Position numbers and translations under genes: made by a program. DNA of 63,369 nucleotides, the filler included, from Reticulomyxa filosa (Eukaryota; Protista; Foraminifera): the NCBI GenBank assembly GCA_000512085.1. It is 18 parts of 18 records of this genome, joined end to end, with 100 filler letters (N's around TTAATTAATTAA, not from the genome) between each part and the next. Parts side by side here need not be neighbours in the genome. Positions count along the whole stretch, not along the records: positions 36,009 to 37,408 come from ASPP01033071.1; positions 37,509 to 38,559 come from ASPP01047151.1; positions 38,660 to 40,225 come from ASPP01025463.1; positions 40,326 to 42,592 come from ASPP01029484.1; positions 42,693 to 46,899 come from ASPP01029527.1; positions 47,000 to 49,902 come from ASPP01011364.1; 12 more parts are not named here. One strand, written 5' to 3'. Every line of letters starts with the position of its first letter. Positions within the stretch are counted from its first letter, which is position 1. The notes under the pieces were generated by a model that made no database searches, had not been told where the DNA came from, and saw only the letters and a program-made list of their open reading frames with translations. This document shows, in pieces, positions 36,112 through 48,810 of the stretch.

Positions 36112-37779
36112 CATTGATCAACTACAAAATGATCATGTCCATAAATCCAATGAACTTGACATCACTACATTTTGCAACGAATCATTTTCACTTTATTGAC
36201 GACCTGGAAACGGTACTGGACTACGTCGCACTGGCCCAAGCACAAGCAGCAAAACTCGCCCAAAGCGTCGGATCGGTCTTGGCAATGTGAATAGCCATCA
36301 ATTCTTTAAATGGTCTGCACTCAATGGCAATGGCAATTTGATATTTGGAACCAACTTTTCCTAGGAAACAAATTGTTCCAATTGAGCAGCCTCTTGTTCG
36401 AACATGGTCTACTATTGAAAGCATCCGGGTCACTTGTCGTTGGAAGAATCAGATGGTATTTTTCAGTAAACAATATGGTTACACTTTCTTCATTCACTAT
36501 CAAGCGTTTCTTTTTGTTGTATAGCTCCAAGTCCATCGTTGTTTTCCTTGCAAGTATTCGATCGCTTTACCAATCGTCATTGAAATCCGTCATCTTTGCA
36601 AGTTTTCAATTACGTATACCTGCTTTTCTATTTGGATCACTGCATTTAATATTGTATTTCTTGTACAAAATGCAAGTGGGCATATGATAAATCAAACACC
36701 ACTGTTTCGCATATATTACAATCTTTGCGTTTACAGCCAACAAATCTATTATTGATCACAAAAACAAATTATTATAAATATAATAATAAGTATACATATA
36801 AACATATACATATTTATTATTGCAAACAGATAACACAAAACAAATGCCAATAATTTCGTCTTGCCAGTTGCATCGGTGGTCAAATGGTCAATCAGCAAAT
36901 CAATCATTTGATCTAAACACGCGCCAGACCTCGACTTGAATGATATTTTTTTTGGAGCTACATTCTTTTTAGCTTCGACTTCGTGCTCCTCCATCTTTTA
37001 TTTGCTTTGTCGACCGGACAAAAAAAAAAAAATATAAAATTACTAATGTCGTCTCATTATCGAGAACGACAAAATATTCTCTTTGAACACTGCGCAAATG
37101 CGCATCTCAACATTTTTTCTTTTTTTTTTATTTTTTTTTTCTCTTATTTTCTTTTTTTTTTCTATCTTTTTTTTATCTATCTTTTTTTTATCTTTTATTT
37201 TTTTTCTTTTTACCATTGTCATTTTTTTTTTTTTCTTTTTCCAACATTTTTTCTCATTTTTTTTTTTTCATTTTCTTCCACCCCTCCTTTTTTCTAATCA
37301 TTTTCACACTTTTTTTTTCCCTCCCTTTTTCTTTTCTCACCCTTTTTATTTTCCCAAATTTTCCATCCCTCTCAAATAGAAAAATAAAATAAAAAATAAA
37401 AATAAAACNNNNNNNNNNNNNNNNNNNNNNNNNNNNNNNNNNNNNNNNNNNNTTAATTAATTAANNNNNNNNNNNNNNNNNNNNNNNNNNNNNNNNNNNN
37501 NNNNNNNNTGTTAACATTTCCAAATTAAAGTTTTCAATTTATTTATTTAAGTGTCTTTTTTGGATTATGTTCATCAATAGTGGAATCCAGTCAATGTTTC
37601 AATGGCTTCATTGTCTTCGTTATCGGCAGCCAAACGAATCAATTCTGTTTATTTATTTTGTATATTTGTTGAATCGATTGAATTTAGACATTGGCCATCA
37701 ACGACGTTGACAACAACAAATAAAAGATTTTATAACAGTTTGTTTAATGAGCATGTATATTTATTGACATTAGTATCTC

Positions 37780-38220
37780 TGTAAATTTCGACCACAACTT
37801 TTTTGTTGATCCAAATCTTATCTCAAAAGACGTATTCCCAAAGCTTTGGCACTGAATAAGAACAGTTTGGCATTTTCTTCGACTTGATGAGACTCCAATA
37901 GAATGTGATCTTCCAAGTTTGGCAAGTGACGTCCAAAAATTTGAGCTGTGTCTCCGAGCAAATAACATAACATTGCGCCATTGTACACGGTCGCCAAAAT
38001 ATGTTAGTTGTCCAACTTGCAATCTTCGTTCAATTTTATCTGGATATACAAGTGTTGTATTAGATTTTCTTCTGGGCTGCAAAACACGCGATCAATGTAC
38101 GTCGCATTACCTTCATGTCGTCCGACTCATTCACAATTCGGATCTATGCGACTGTTCCAAATTCGGATGCTTACGACTTGCGCGTTTCTTTCCAATTGCC
38201 ACTTATCACGATTCTCAGGA
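37780..38220 (-). pseudogene. Degenerate calponin-homology (fimbrin/plastin-like) fragment
   Basis: Minus-strand frame reads VYNGAMLCYLL...HQVEENAKLFLFSAKALGI, resembling a CH-domain core, with flanking in-frame stops. Confidence 0.4.
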
Positions 38221-38659
38221 CTATTGTATTTACATCCAACAATTTTCCATCTTAAGTTTTTTTTTTTTTTAAGGAAGAAGAAGAAAAAAAGTGTTTACGT
38301 AATCATTCCAAAAGAAGTACGTATACTATACACACATAAAAAAAAACACCAACACGAAGTAAACACAAAACACACTATACATACACATACAACGCTACGC
38401 TCAACATGTGTTAAAATATTAGACATTCGCTCATATCTTTGTTGGGCATTCGCCACAAGCACTTGTTGTTTTGCAGTGGTAGTGTCTCATGCATTTACAC
38501 TGTCAGCAGCATTTGGTTGACCTTGATGCTGGCAAGTGCCTCCAAATCAGTCACACACANNNNNNNNNNNNNNNNNNNNNNNNNNNNNNNNNNNNNNNNN
38601 NNNTTAATTAATTAANNNNNNNNNNNNNNNNNNNNNNNNNNNNNNNNNNNNNNNNNNNN

Positions 38660-38940
38660 GCCTTTTCCACAATAAATTTCGAGTTGTGATCGGCCATGAC
38701 AATAATCAGTTCGGCCAAGTGAGTGAGTTCCTCTTTGAAAAGGTACTTCAACTGGCCATAGGTCGACAGACCCGAGACGTCCATCGGGCATGATCAAGAT
38801 GTTGTCGGGATGAGTGTCCCTGTTGAACCCCGAGTTTTTAAAGATTTGATATCCTTGCACCAACAGCAGTGTCTTCAGAAAAAGTGCCAGATTGGGCACC
38901 ACGGGCGCATTATACGAGAGATAAGGAACTGACATCGACA
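38660..38940 (-). pseudogene. ABC1/UbiB atypical kinase fragment, degenerate
   Basis: QIFKNSGFNRDTHPDNILIMPDGRLGSVD-(frameshift)-YGQLK versus consensus GFFHADPHPGNI...DGRL..IDFG. Confidence 0.65.
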
Positions 38941-41812
38941 AACTGTCAGGCCACGTCAACAGGCTGAACAGCAGGATAAGCATGCAATTGAGTAAAATGT
39001 TAGTGCAAATCTCTCAACTTCTTTAATGTGTATAATAGAAGAGAAACTATCATGCACAAAGCATGAAGGGGGAGAAGGAAGAAAAAAGTTCGTCAAAATA
39101 ACAATTGCGTGTATGTATGGAAACATAAATTAGTAATATATGAGCAAATAAATAAAAAGTCTATCAATTTTGGGAAATAAAAAATGAAAAGCCATTTTAT
39201 TTATTTTTTAAGATGACGCTAATGAGTTAAACAAACACAGCAGAGCGGGTCCTGAGAATAAAAAGTTTTTTTTGATGTTGTAATCAATGATCTTTTAAAG
39301 TGAGGAAAAGAAAATGATGAAAAAAAGTGAGTCATTGTGGTGGGTGCCATGTTTTAGCACTTTGGTTGTGTGGCTGGTACTGGTAACGACTAACGTCATG
39401 GACGCATGTCCGTCGAATGCATTGGGTGCAACCGAGTGCAAAACTGTTCGACAGAAGACTGTGTGTATGTGACGATACCAACAAATGGACATAACATGGA
39501 CGCACACAACAAGGAGTTGTTAATGGAGAACGAACTGAAAGGGGTGATGAATGTGACCACACTCAAATATCACGTAGTGTTCCACAACAACACATTAGCT
39601 TATTCTTGCAACATTGACATATGGCACGCTCGAACACGAACAAGTCGTTTGAATTTTCGCAAGGATTTATCCCGATCACGCATTTTCGGATGGCGTCAGT
39701 ACTTCCATCAACCCACAAGGATACGTAGCTCAAAAGTGATATGATCATCATCTACGGACACGTCGTGGAAAGTTTGGACAATGACCTTCATGACCTTTGT
39801 CAAGACACAGATGTAGCGCATTTTCGAGATCGCTCAGAATAAGTTCACCTCTTCAATTGTCTCAAATATTTTACAAATTTCATCAATTGAAACTATATTG
39901 AAGAAACAAACACGATACGAAGATTTCCATATATCATACAAGAAAACCCGTTGCAAATAATATTCAATTGAAATTTTCAAATGTTTAAAGAGTATTTGAT
40001 CATATGCAATGTTTAACATTTCATAAAATGCATTGATGTAACTTATTGATATTATTCAAGCATTTTTTATTTAGAAAAAAAGGGAACAAACAGATCTCAA
40101 ATTGAACAAAAGAAAAAATTTTGCATCAACTAGAGGAAGGATCCTAGCAAACAAAACTGTCTTGATACAGTTCAGCTTTTTCTTTCTTTCAAAGGAGAGT
40201 ATTTTATTCGTAATTTAAAAAAAAANNNNNNNNNNNNNNNNNNNNNNNNNNNNNNNNNNNNNNNNNNNNTTAATTAATTAANNNNNNNNNNNNNNNNNNN
40301 NNNNNNNNNNNNNNNNNNNNNNNNNTTTTTTGTAATAAATATGCTCAAAGAAATTTTAACCTTTTAATGTCTTCGATACAATAAATTGGCTTTAATTTGA
40401 AAAACGCATCAAAATAAATTTGTCTACATTCGTTCCATGTTTTTATAACTGTTGAATTATCGATATATTCGTTACATTTTTCCACTAATTTCATTAAATC
40501 TTTTTGCTGTTGGTTAGATATTCTGTAATTTTTTAAAATAAATCTATAATTCATAATGCATATTTTATGATCTTAGTTAACTTATTCTTGTCAATGTCTT
40601 TATTGCAGTACTTCCACGCAGTGGAAACAATTTTCTTTTTAATATTGGTAAAAGACTGTTGGGGTCGTTTCATCTGTTTTGTCATTGTTAATGTCTTTTT
40701 CTATATATATTCCTGCTCAAAAAATGGCATTACTTTGTTTTAACTTTCTTGTTGACTCTGATCTCAATCCCTTGGTTTTTAACGCGTAAATTTAAAAATA
40801 GATCTAGACCCTTATTTCCTTTTAGTGTTAAATAAAAAATGTATTTCGTAAAATTTGCAAGAAATAATGGAAAAAAAGCAAATAACTATTTTCTGAAATA
40901 GATATAAAATTTTCAATACAATTTTTGGTCAAATTTTAAGAAATATTATTTATATTATTTTGAATAAATAATTTACAAATCACATTTAAGTTTACTATTA
41001 TTATTCTTTTAATTAAATTAGTAGATGAAAAAGATTTGAATAACATATATAAAAATGATTTTTGTTTACCCCTTGGATAAAAAAAGTTTCTAAAACATAT
41101 CAATAGATGAGGTAAGTTTGATCTAATCTTTAGTTTTGTCTCTCTCTCTCTATCTATATAATCTAATATCTATTACAAAATGAATATCTCTAATGAAATT
41201 TAGGTGAGCAACATTAAAACAAAGAATTTGTGCGTTTTTATTAGTTAAATGGAAGGTGAAGACAAAAACATTTCAACATTTAATGAAGTTGAATTGAATG
41301 ATAATCTTGGGAAAAGCAAAGGTGTGTGTGTATTTGTTTGTTTGTTTGAAAAATTTTTTTATAATAAAAAGAAAAAGATAAAAATAAAACATTAGTATTA
41401 TCAATTGGAAATCATGTGGCAATATCATCAAAAAAAACTCAAGTGATTATACATTACATTAATGATTCATCCTTTGATGAAGTTAGTTTATTAATAAAAA
41501 AAATAAAATATTTTCTCAGTTTTTTTTTTATAAACATTGGTTTGTTTTTTGGATATTATATATATACAGATTGGAATATAGAACCAGATGAAGCTAATGA
41601 TTTTATTCGAAATATCGCATGTTAAAATTATTAATTTTTTTTTTTTAACGTATAAATTTTTATTTTTGATTATTTAAAAAATTTTTTTAGAAGAAAGTAA
41701 TGGAGATAGAGATACAAAGAAAGGAATTATGTATTCAGTGACCAGTGCATAAAATGAAAATACAAAGAGTATTTGTTCATCGAGAAAAATTAAAAAAAGG
41801 ATTTGTGTACCG

Positions 41813-42418
41813 ATGGATAATTCAAATGTAAATTCAAATGAATGCATAAAAAGTATGTTTGCAGCAATGGGGAATGCAACTGGTACAGAAAATCAAAATG
41901 AAAGTACAGCAATGGAAAATGCAACTGGTCCAGAAAATCAAAATGAAAGTACGAATACAAAAAGTATTTATACAGAGATGGAAAATGCAACTAGTCCAAA
42001 TAGTCCAAATAGTCCAGAAAATCAAAATGAAAGTACGAATACAAAAAGTATTCCAAATAAAAGCACAAAAAGTATTTGTGCGGAAATATCAAGTGTAAAC
42101 AGTCACTCAACTGAAAACACAAACACAAAAAGTATTTATACAGCGATGGAAAATACAAATAGTACAGAAAATCAAAATGAAAGTACGAATACAAAAAGTA
42201 TTCTTGCATCAATGGAAAATTCAACCGATCAATCTAACACAAAAAGTATTTATACAGCGATGGAAAATGCAACAACAACAACAACAACTGGTCCAGAAAA
42301 TCAAAATGAAATCACAAATACAAAAAGTATTTGTGCAACTATGTCAAATACAAACAGTATTTACACAGCCGTCCAGCAAATACAAATCAACGTACAACTA
42401 AAGAAAGTATATCATTGA
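41813..42418 (+). CDS. Low-complexity repeat protein exon (ENQNESTNTKSIYTAMENAT repeats)
   Basis: About 6-8 imperfect copies of gaaaatcaaaatgaaagtacgaatacaaaaagtatt. Small upstream exons at about 41250-41620. May be pseudogenised. Confidence 0.55.
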   Translation: MDNSNVNSNECIKSMFAAMGNATGTENQNESTAMENATGPENQNESTNTKSIYTEMENATSPNSPNSPENQNESTNTKSIPNKSTKSICAEISSVNSHSTENTNTKSIYTAMENTNSTENQNESTNTKSILASMENSTDQSNTKSIYTAMENATTTTTTGPENQNEITNTKSICATMSNTNSIYTAVQQIQINVQLKKVYH

Positions 42419-42460
42419 TGTTAGCTCAATGGTATGTACTTATTTAAAAAAAAAAAATGT

Positions 42461-42568
42461 GGAGTTGCCTCTGGCACTAGAGTTGCGTCAGACACTAGAG
42501 TTGCGTCTGGCACTAAGAGTTGCGTCTGGCACTAAGAGTTGCGTCTGGCACTGGAATTGCTTCTGGCG
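42461..42568 (+). repeat. Minisatellite, about 6 copies of 18-19 bp (gagttgcgtctggcacta)
   Basis: Directly visible tandem units; the 18-mer would encode GVASGT/RVASGT. Confidence 0.85.
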
Positions 42569-43301
42569 TTTAGATTTTATCTTTACGTCGCTNNNNNNNN
42601 NNNNNNNNNNNNNNNNNNNNNNNNNNNNNNNNNNNNTTAATTAATTAANNNNNNNNNNNNNNNNNNNNNNNNNNNNNNNNNNNNNNNNNNNNGTAGAAAC
42701 ATATTTAAATAAGTTTTTGGATGTATGAAATGAAAACAATGATTTGTAAAAAAACTTCACAAATAATAATTTCATTTTGTTATGGATATACATTGACAAT
42801 TATGAAAAGAAAATTCTGAAGGAGTTAACGTAATAGTAAAAGAAGATGGAATTGATGATTTTGTAATTGATACTTGTTATCCAATGATCAATTTTTTTTT
42901 CTTTACCTGAAAATGAAATAAAATAATAACATGTACTTAGTTCTTATTTTATTTTATTCTTTTGAATCTCTAAACAAAAATATAAGTCATTCAGTTAAAT
43001 TTAGTCGCTTTGGCCATGTAGTTATAACTGCGATTTGATTTAGATTTAATTTTATTCAACCTAATTCAATTCAAAGCCAATCACTTTCTTAAACTCAAAA
43101 AGAAAAAAAAATTAGAATAACGAAAGTTTAAAATATTATTTGCACACTACTTAAAAATTCAAAACAATTTATTTATTTTGATGATCTCAGAAGAAGCAAA
43201 GCCGCATGAATTACTGATGTTTTTTTTGTTTGAAGAAAAAAGTGAACGGGAATAAAAGAAGCTAAATTTCCTTTTTGGTCTGCATTAACATTTACGGAAG
43301 C

Positions 43302-44380
43302 ATGGGCGGCCTGATGTCGTGGTTACGCAGGTTCTCACATGTTTTTTCTCTTGCGTTATGGTCAAGAAAGTAAAAAATGCGGAATAATACTGCTACTACG
43401 CGAAAACAGCTTTTGGCAGCAAGAGATGGAAATCTCAATCGTTGGCTTGCAAGGTGCGGAAAAAGTACATTTATTCAAGTGTTGCAGGTGACAGAGCTTG
43501 CATAATGTCCTACTTCACAAGCTGTCTCGAAGGGGGGCCCAGGGGGGGGGGAGGGGAGATAAGAGAAGAAAAGGAAGATTATGAGTTCAAAAAAGAAAAA
43601 TATTACAAAAAATTGAAAATTGCTAACGTATGCCACAAAAAAAAAATGAATTTGTGGCAGAAAGGGGAGTTTGTACCCAATATGATTCCAACTGTTGGCT
43701 TCAACATGCACAAAGTTGAAAAGGGGAAAGTTCAAATTAAAGTATGGGACCTAGGTATGAACTTTGTGAATAAAAATTGACTCTTATAAAAAAAAAAAGG
43801 CATCCCCCCCCCAAAAAAAAAAACAGGAGGACAAAAGAAATTTCGGTCAATGTGGGAGCGATATTGTCGAAAAAATGACGCGATTGTGTAAGCAAATATA
43901 ACAATATACTCTTTCTATTCGATGATACATAAACTTTTACTGCGATGCATAAACAAAGCTTTTTTTGTGTATGTGTTTATATACATGTGATGCCAAAGAT
44001 TCATGGTGGATGCAGCCGATCCCAAAAAATTTCAACAAGCCAGCAAAGAGTTGAAACAATTGTTGGCTCTACCGAGCTTAGAAAAAATCCCATTGTTGTT
44101 GCTGTTCAACAAAAAAGACTTACCCGAAGCCAGAAGTGCTGATGAAATCGTCGAAACTCTGTTTTGTCAGGGAGGGGGAGGGGAGAAAGCAATTTTTTGT
44201 CTCTTTTTGGATGAAAAGATATTAAGATCAAATAATAAGTTTATAAATATATCAAATATAAACTAACTTAGGGACTTGAAAAGCTTGGGCGAGAGAGAAA
44301 TTGGCTACTATGAAATTTCGTGTAAAGAAGTAGTCAATATTGACAACACGTTAGATTGGCTCATTAAGCATAGCAAATAA
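43302..44380 (+). CDS. ARL8: ARF-like small GTPase ARL8 (6 exons)
   Basis: Exons 43302-43330, 43410-43487, 43661-43754, 43827-43887, 43999-44160, 44272-44380. [20 protein letters not shown](G)[51 protein letters not shown]. One G is missing in the P-loop run. Confidence 0.95.
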
Positions 44381-45225
44381 ATACTAACTTGTATCAACGC
44401 TATTATTACTTTTTTTTTGCTTGTCTTTTGTTTTTTTCTGTCATTTTTCTTTTCTTTGCTTTTTTTCTCTTCCTTTTCCTTCCAATACAAATAGTTGATT
44501 TTTTTAAAGGCTGCTGGTTTTTGCAAGCTCGATTGTGCTTCTTTTCTTTCGTTCGGCACAATAGCAAAGAGAATCGTAGCATGCTTTTCATCAGATAAGA
44601 GCATATCGACAACAATTAACACTTTTTTTGTTAGAAAATGTGATCAATGCAAAGCAAATGTGTTATCCTGTTTTTCCTTGAAGTGACTTACACAGCTGGT
44701 TGTTGCAACCGTTAAATCCTAAATTTTTAACTGTGCTTAAATATATCCTAATTATGTTTTATTTCTTCAATTTAATCACTTTACTAATTAGCCCATGATA
44801 GAACGCTATATTTTTTACTTCATGTGATGTACAAGAATTTTTTTTATTTGAACAAATTAAACAGAAGCGATTTCTAGCTCTGATGGCTATAGCTAAGCTT
44901 ATAGTTGTAGAAGATAAATCAATATAAGCCTTTAACTTAATCATATTGCTTGTCAATTCAAATAAAACTATTGAATTTATACTTTATTGTTAGTGTTAAA
45001 ATTTCATTTTTGGGATATTCTTTGATAAATTTGTAAATATATGAACAAGAGGTTTGTTTTCTATGCAAAGAGAATGCACTCAACAGTTTTTTATTAAACA
45101 AATGGCCAAATATATTTCGATAAATTGTCATTTTGATGTTTACTCCAGTTTTTTCTTCCTCCCGTAATTTTTTTAATAATGTTGTAGTTATAAAACTTGA
45201 GAGATTGTCGTTTGCCTTTGCAATA

Positions 45226-45849
45226 ATGTCAAAATCTTTTTTTTGAACTGGATCGGCCAAAAGGTGCCAGACGAGGAGTTGGAAGTGATTGATTATCCTC
45301 AGGCAGAACTGCAGTATCATATATGTATGAAAGGTATTCAAGCAGGAGCAATTGGGGGGTATTTTTTCGGTATGTTTAAGTTTCCGGTGCGAAGTCTCTT
45401 AGGGAAGAGTATAGACTTATCTCGCAAAGACAGGCTAATTCAAATCTTAAGAATAAGTAGAACCTCGATGGTCACAGGGTTTGCTTTATCTTTTCCTCTG
45501 GCCTTTGTCTACGCTCGCAAGAAACAATTTACTGATGGTATGAACTCCACAACTTTTTATAAAAGTGTTCAAATGTGGTTATGTCGGAGTAACACTTTTT
45601 TTTGAAAATATAGATAGTTATTACGACCGAGCTTATCGCTTGCGATATAATACTAGCCAATTGAACGTAGACCGTGCATCTTTGGCTGGAGCATTATTTT
45701 ATGGCGTTGCTTACAGAGCACTCAATCAAATACCATTTTGGTTGACCTTTCCGAAAGGAATCGTTTGGGGTACTATTTTAATGGCTGCTTACAATAATTA
45801 CAACGCTCAAAAACTTGACAAGGATACCAGCACTCCGTCCACAAAGTGA
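45226..45849 (+). CDS. DUF1757-family small membrane protein (2 exons)
   Basis: IDYPQAELQYHICMKGIQAG and YYDRAYRLRYNTSQLNVDR. Intron about 45538-45613. 1-nt discrepancy in the T-run after the ATG. Confidence 0.7.
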
Positions 45850-46290
45850 TTCAACAAAAAAAACATTTTTTAGTGGTAAAAGAAGTTTTTTTACTTTATG
45901 ATTGACTAAAAATACGCAGGAAACTGAGATAAATTTCGCATCTTTTTCAGTCTTTGGGAACATAACAAAACAAGACTTAGTTTTTTAAATTTCACCAGGT
46001 TTAACTGTTCAAAAATTTCCAGGAAAATTAGAAAAAAGAATAATAGACCACTTGTGAAAAAGAAAACGCCATCGTTTGATTCCGAGTAGTAAAATTAACA
46101 AATATTTTCTTTTTTGTTTGGAATTCTCATTGCCAGAAGTTTTATATGTGACCATTGCCTTTGTCTGAAGCGAAAAAGGTTGCTGGCTTGAAGGGCAACC
46201 TTTTTTGAATTGAATGATCGACCAAGTTTAACGCAGACCATCGAACTTGACCACAAAAAATTTAAAAAAAGAAAAAAGTCTTTGAATACT

Positions 46291-46860
46291 TCACAAGTAA
46301 ACCTTTTTCCAAGGTTTATCTGGCCCCCCAAGGCGAATTTTTGTACGTGATTTTTTGACACAACAAGCTTACTTTCGCATGTTGTTTGACCCACCTATTT
46401 AAAAAAAGTCAAAAAAAAATGTTTCATAAAAAGCTATGAACAAATGAAAAATGTTTATCCAAAAAAAAAAAAAAAGAAAAAAAGGGGAAGGGAAATGTAC
46501 ACATTAACAAACAAATACCAGAAAATGCCAGCGGCAGTGAGACTCCAAACGACACCGACAGCGCCAATTTGTTTTTGTGCGTCTAAGTCTCTGTGAAGGG
46601 TCCAATTGAAGAATTCGGCGACATCTTTGGCCATTTGGGAGACAGTGGCAGGAGTGCCATCAGGGTAGTTGACCATTCCGTCTCTCAAAGGAGGAGGCAT
46701 GCTGATGACCCCACCTTCAAAAAATGCATTGAAAGCTTGGCCCTGGCCAAGTACAACCCCAGGAGGGATTTCATCTCCATATCCTGTCAACAAAGAAAAC
46801 ACATAATTCACTCCTCCTTCACGAGCACCGGCGATTAATGATAAATCAGGGGGTACCGCA

Positions 46861-46861
<1 letters not shown>
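46291..46861 (-). CDS. CYC1: Mitochondrial cytochrome c1, C-terminal exons
   Basis: GAVPPDLSLI..AREGG.NYVFSLLTGY, FNAFFEGGVISMPPPL (Met ligand), YPDGTPATVSQMAKDVAEF and TM anchor. Exons 46861-46519 and 46394-46291. Confidence 0.95.
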
Positions 46862-46899
<38 letters not shown>

Positions 46900-47899
46900 N
46901 NNNNNNNNNNNNNNNNNNNNNNNNNNNNNNNNNNNNNNNNNNNTTAATTAATTAANNNNNNNNNNNNNNNNNNNNNNNNNNNNNNNNNNNNNNNNNNNNT
47001 TGTGACCAAGACATGATGGACCCTGATGGATTCACAATGATTATGCCGAGTATGTGTTGGGAAGTCGGACGTTACTCCTGACAGTGTCAATATTTTGAGT
47101 TTGCTTTGAAAGGACATGCAACTTTGGACCGGGTTATACGGATTGCATGGCAAAGATTCACGAGTGTGAATGATACAATATTGGTCCCCGATTTTGCGAG
47201 GACATGCGTCCTCATCATTTGTCATCGTCGTCCTCGTCATCAGATTCATCGCGCGATAATTCCGAATGCGACAACGTGAACCTTTGTATTTGGAGAGCAT
47301 GTGCGAAGATATTGGACTTAGTTGACCCCTGAACGGTCGATTGAATATATCGTCGTTGTATATGCTATTTATGACAATACTATTGTCGGCGAGTAACACA
47401 AGCAGCAATTTGACTAACCGGCAGTGCAAATATGACAATTCACATGTTCCATTGTGAACGATACTGCCATTGGCTGGATTCGCAATCACATCATAGACTA
47501 AACACATACCTGCTGTCAAGTACTCAAGATACAATACCTATGTTGTTGTGCATTCCAATTACTGGCATTTTGAAAATTTGAACGTTAGCCTGGTGAGTCT
47601 AAACTCTGACATGTGTTGAAAAATTAAATAACGGTGGAAAAAAACAGTTGATGCAACATTGGGCGTATGTTCAGATGCATCAACTTTGGCAACACAAGTC
47701 GTTGTTACTATTCCTAATCCTTGCATTGACAGTTATCTTTGGAGAATGGGCCCTTGCCAACTTGTGGCAGCGCTTGCGACCGTATGTTGGAGTGCGTATA
47801 TCATTTTTGTACTCAGTGTCGTTGCGGCAGCAAAATGAAGTTCATCATGTCAGCATTATATGAAGAAGCAAGAAATACTCGACTTGCAAAGAGATGACA

Positions 47900-48810
47900 T
47901 TTTTTATGACAACTGATAAAGTCCTGAAAATTGTCATCGCATTTTGACCTTTGGTGTTCAAAAAGCAAAGACGTGTTGTCCTGTGAAAAACCAGCACTTG
48001 CCGTTTCCAGGATCGTGTAGTGAGATCTGCAACAGCCATTGCAATGTACCGTCATACTGTATAGTCTTTGTCACAGTGGGGCCTTGCCGGTCGTGTGGAT
48101 TTACCATCAGATATGCTTGTACTGTACTGTGGCAATCTCGCATTCAAGACCCAATCCTTTGTTACAAATATTTTTGCACTGATGCATTGTCACGGTTCCA
48201 CAAAGTATTGGAATGTTGCAATCGATGCAGTGAATATTGTCACTTTGGTATGTTTGAATTTTTTTTTTATAATTTTTGATAAATTTTTAAAAAAAAAGCA
48301 TTGAATATGTGGTAAGGGGAAGGAAGTTGGTAAGGGTGAATGGGGGGAAGTGGAAGGGGTGGAAGGGTGAAGGGTGGAAGGGGGAGGTAAATAAGGTACT
48401 TGCAACAGATGTATTGATCCCTTTAAAACGCCAACATATTATTACACAATATCCCTGTTGGACGAAAGCATTAATACGTCCGACAATTGCTGCCTTGCAA
48501 TGTCACCGTGCCAACGCTCATCCACTCGGACAACTGGCCAACGACTTGGATGCATACACAATGGCCAGTGGATGCTGTAGTAGCAAATGTAGCCTGCCTC
48601 TGCCTTGCGGCCACAAATGCCATCAGACAAAGCCATGCAATGCTTCCTTGTGGCAAGAGCATATTCGTATCATTACGTGTGCAGGAGCGCGAAGACACAC
48701 AGTTCTGTGGCGGATGCAGGCCGATATTCGCACTATTGCCTGCGGAAATGTTGAATGGAATCATTTTGTTCCGCAATTTTGCACAAGGCCAATCCTAAGC
48801 GAGCTGAAGA
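47900..48810 (+). pseudogene. Degenerate NF-X1-type zinc-finger region
   Basis: Cys-rich fragments CSEICNSHC, CNRCSEYCHFG, CSSKCSLPLPCGHKC and LPCGK in shifting frames. Confidence 0.45.

Noticed and set aside
36983-37379. Phe-rich ORFs on the + strand
   Set aside because: Artefact of a T/C-rich low-complexity tract.
42461-42568. Tandem 18-19-mers as a CRISPR-like array
   Set aside because: No unique spacers, units too short, eukaryotic context and no cas genes.
46944-47534. 196-aa minus-strand ORF
   Set aside because: No recognisable motif and atypical composition; probably antisense to the decayed plus-strand sequence.
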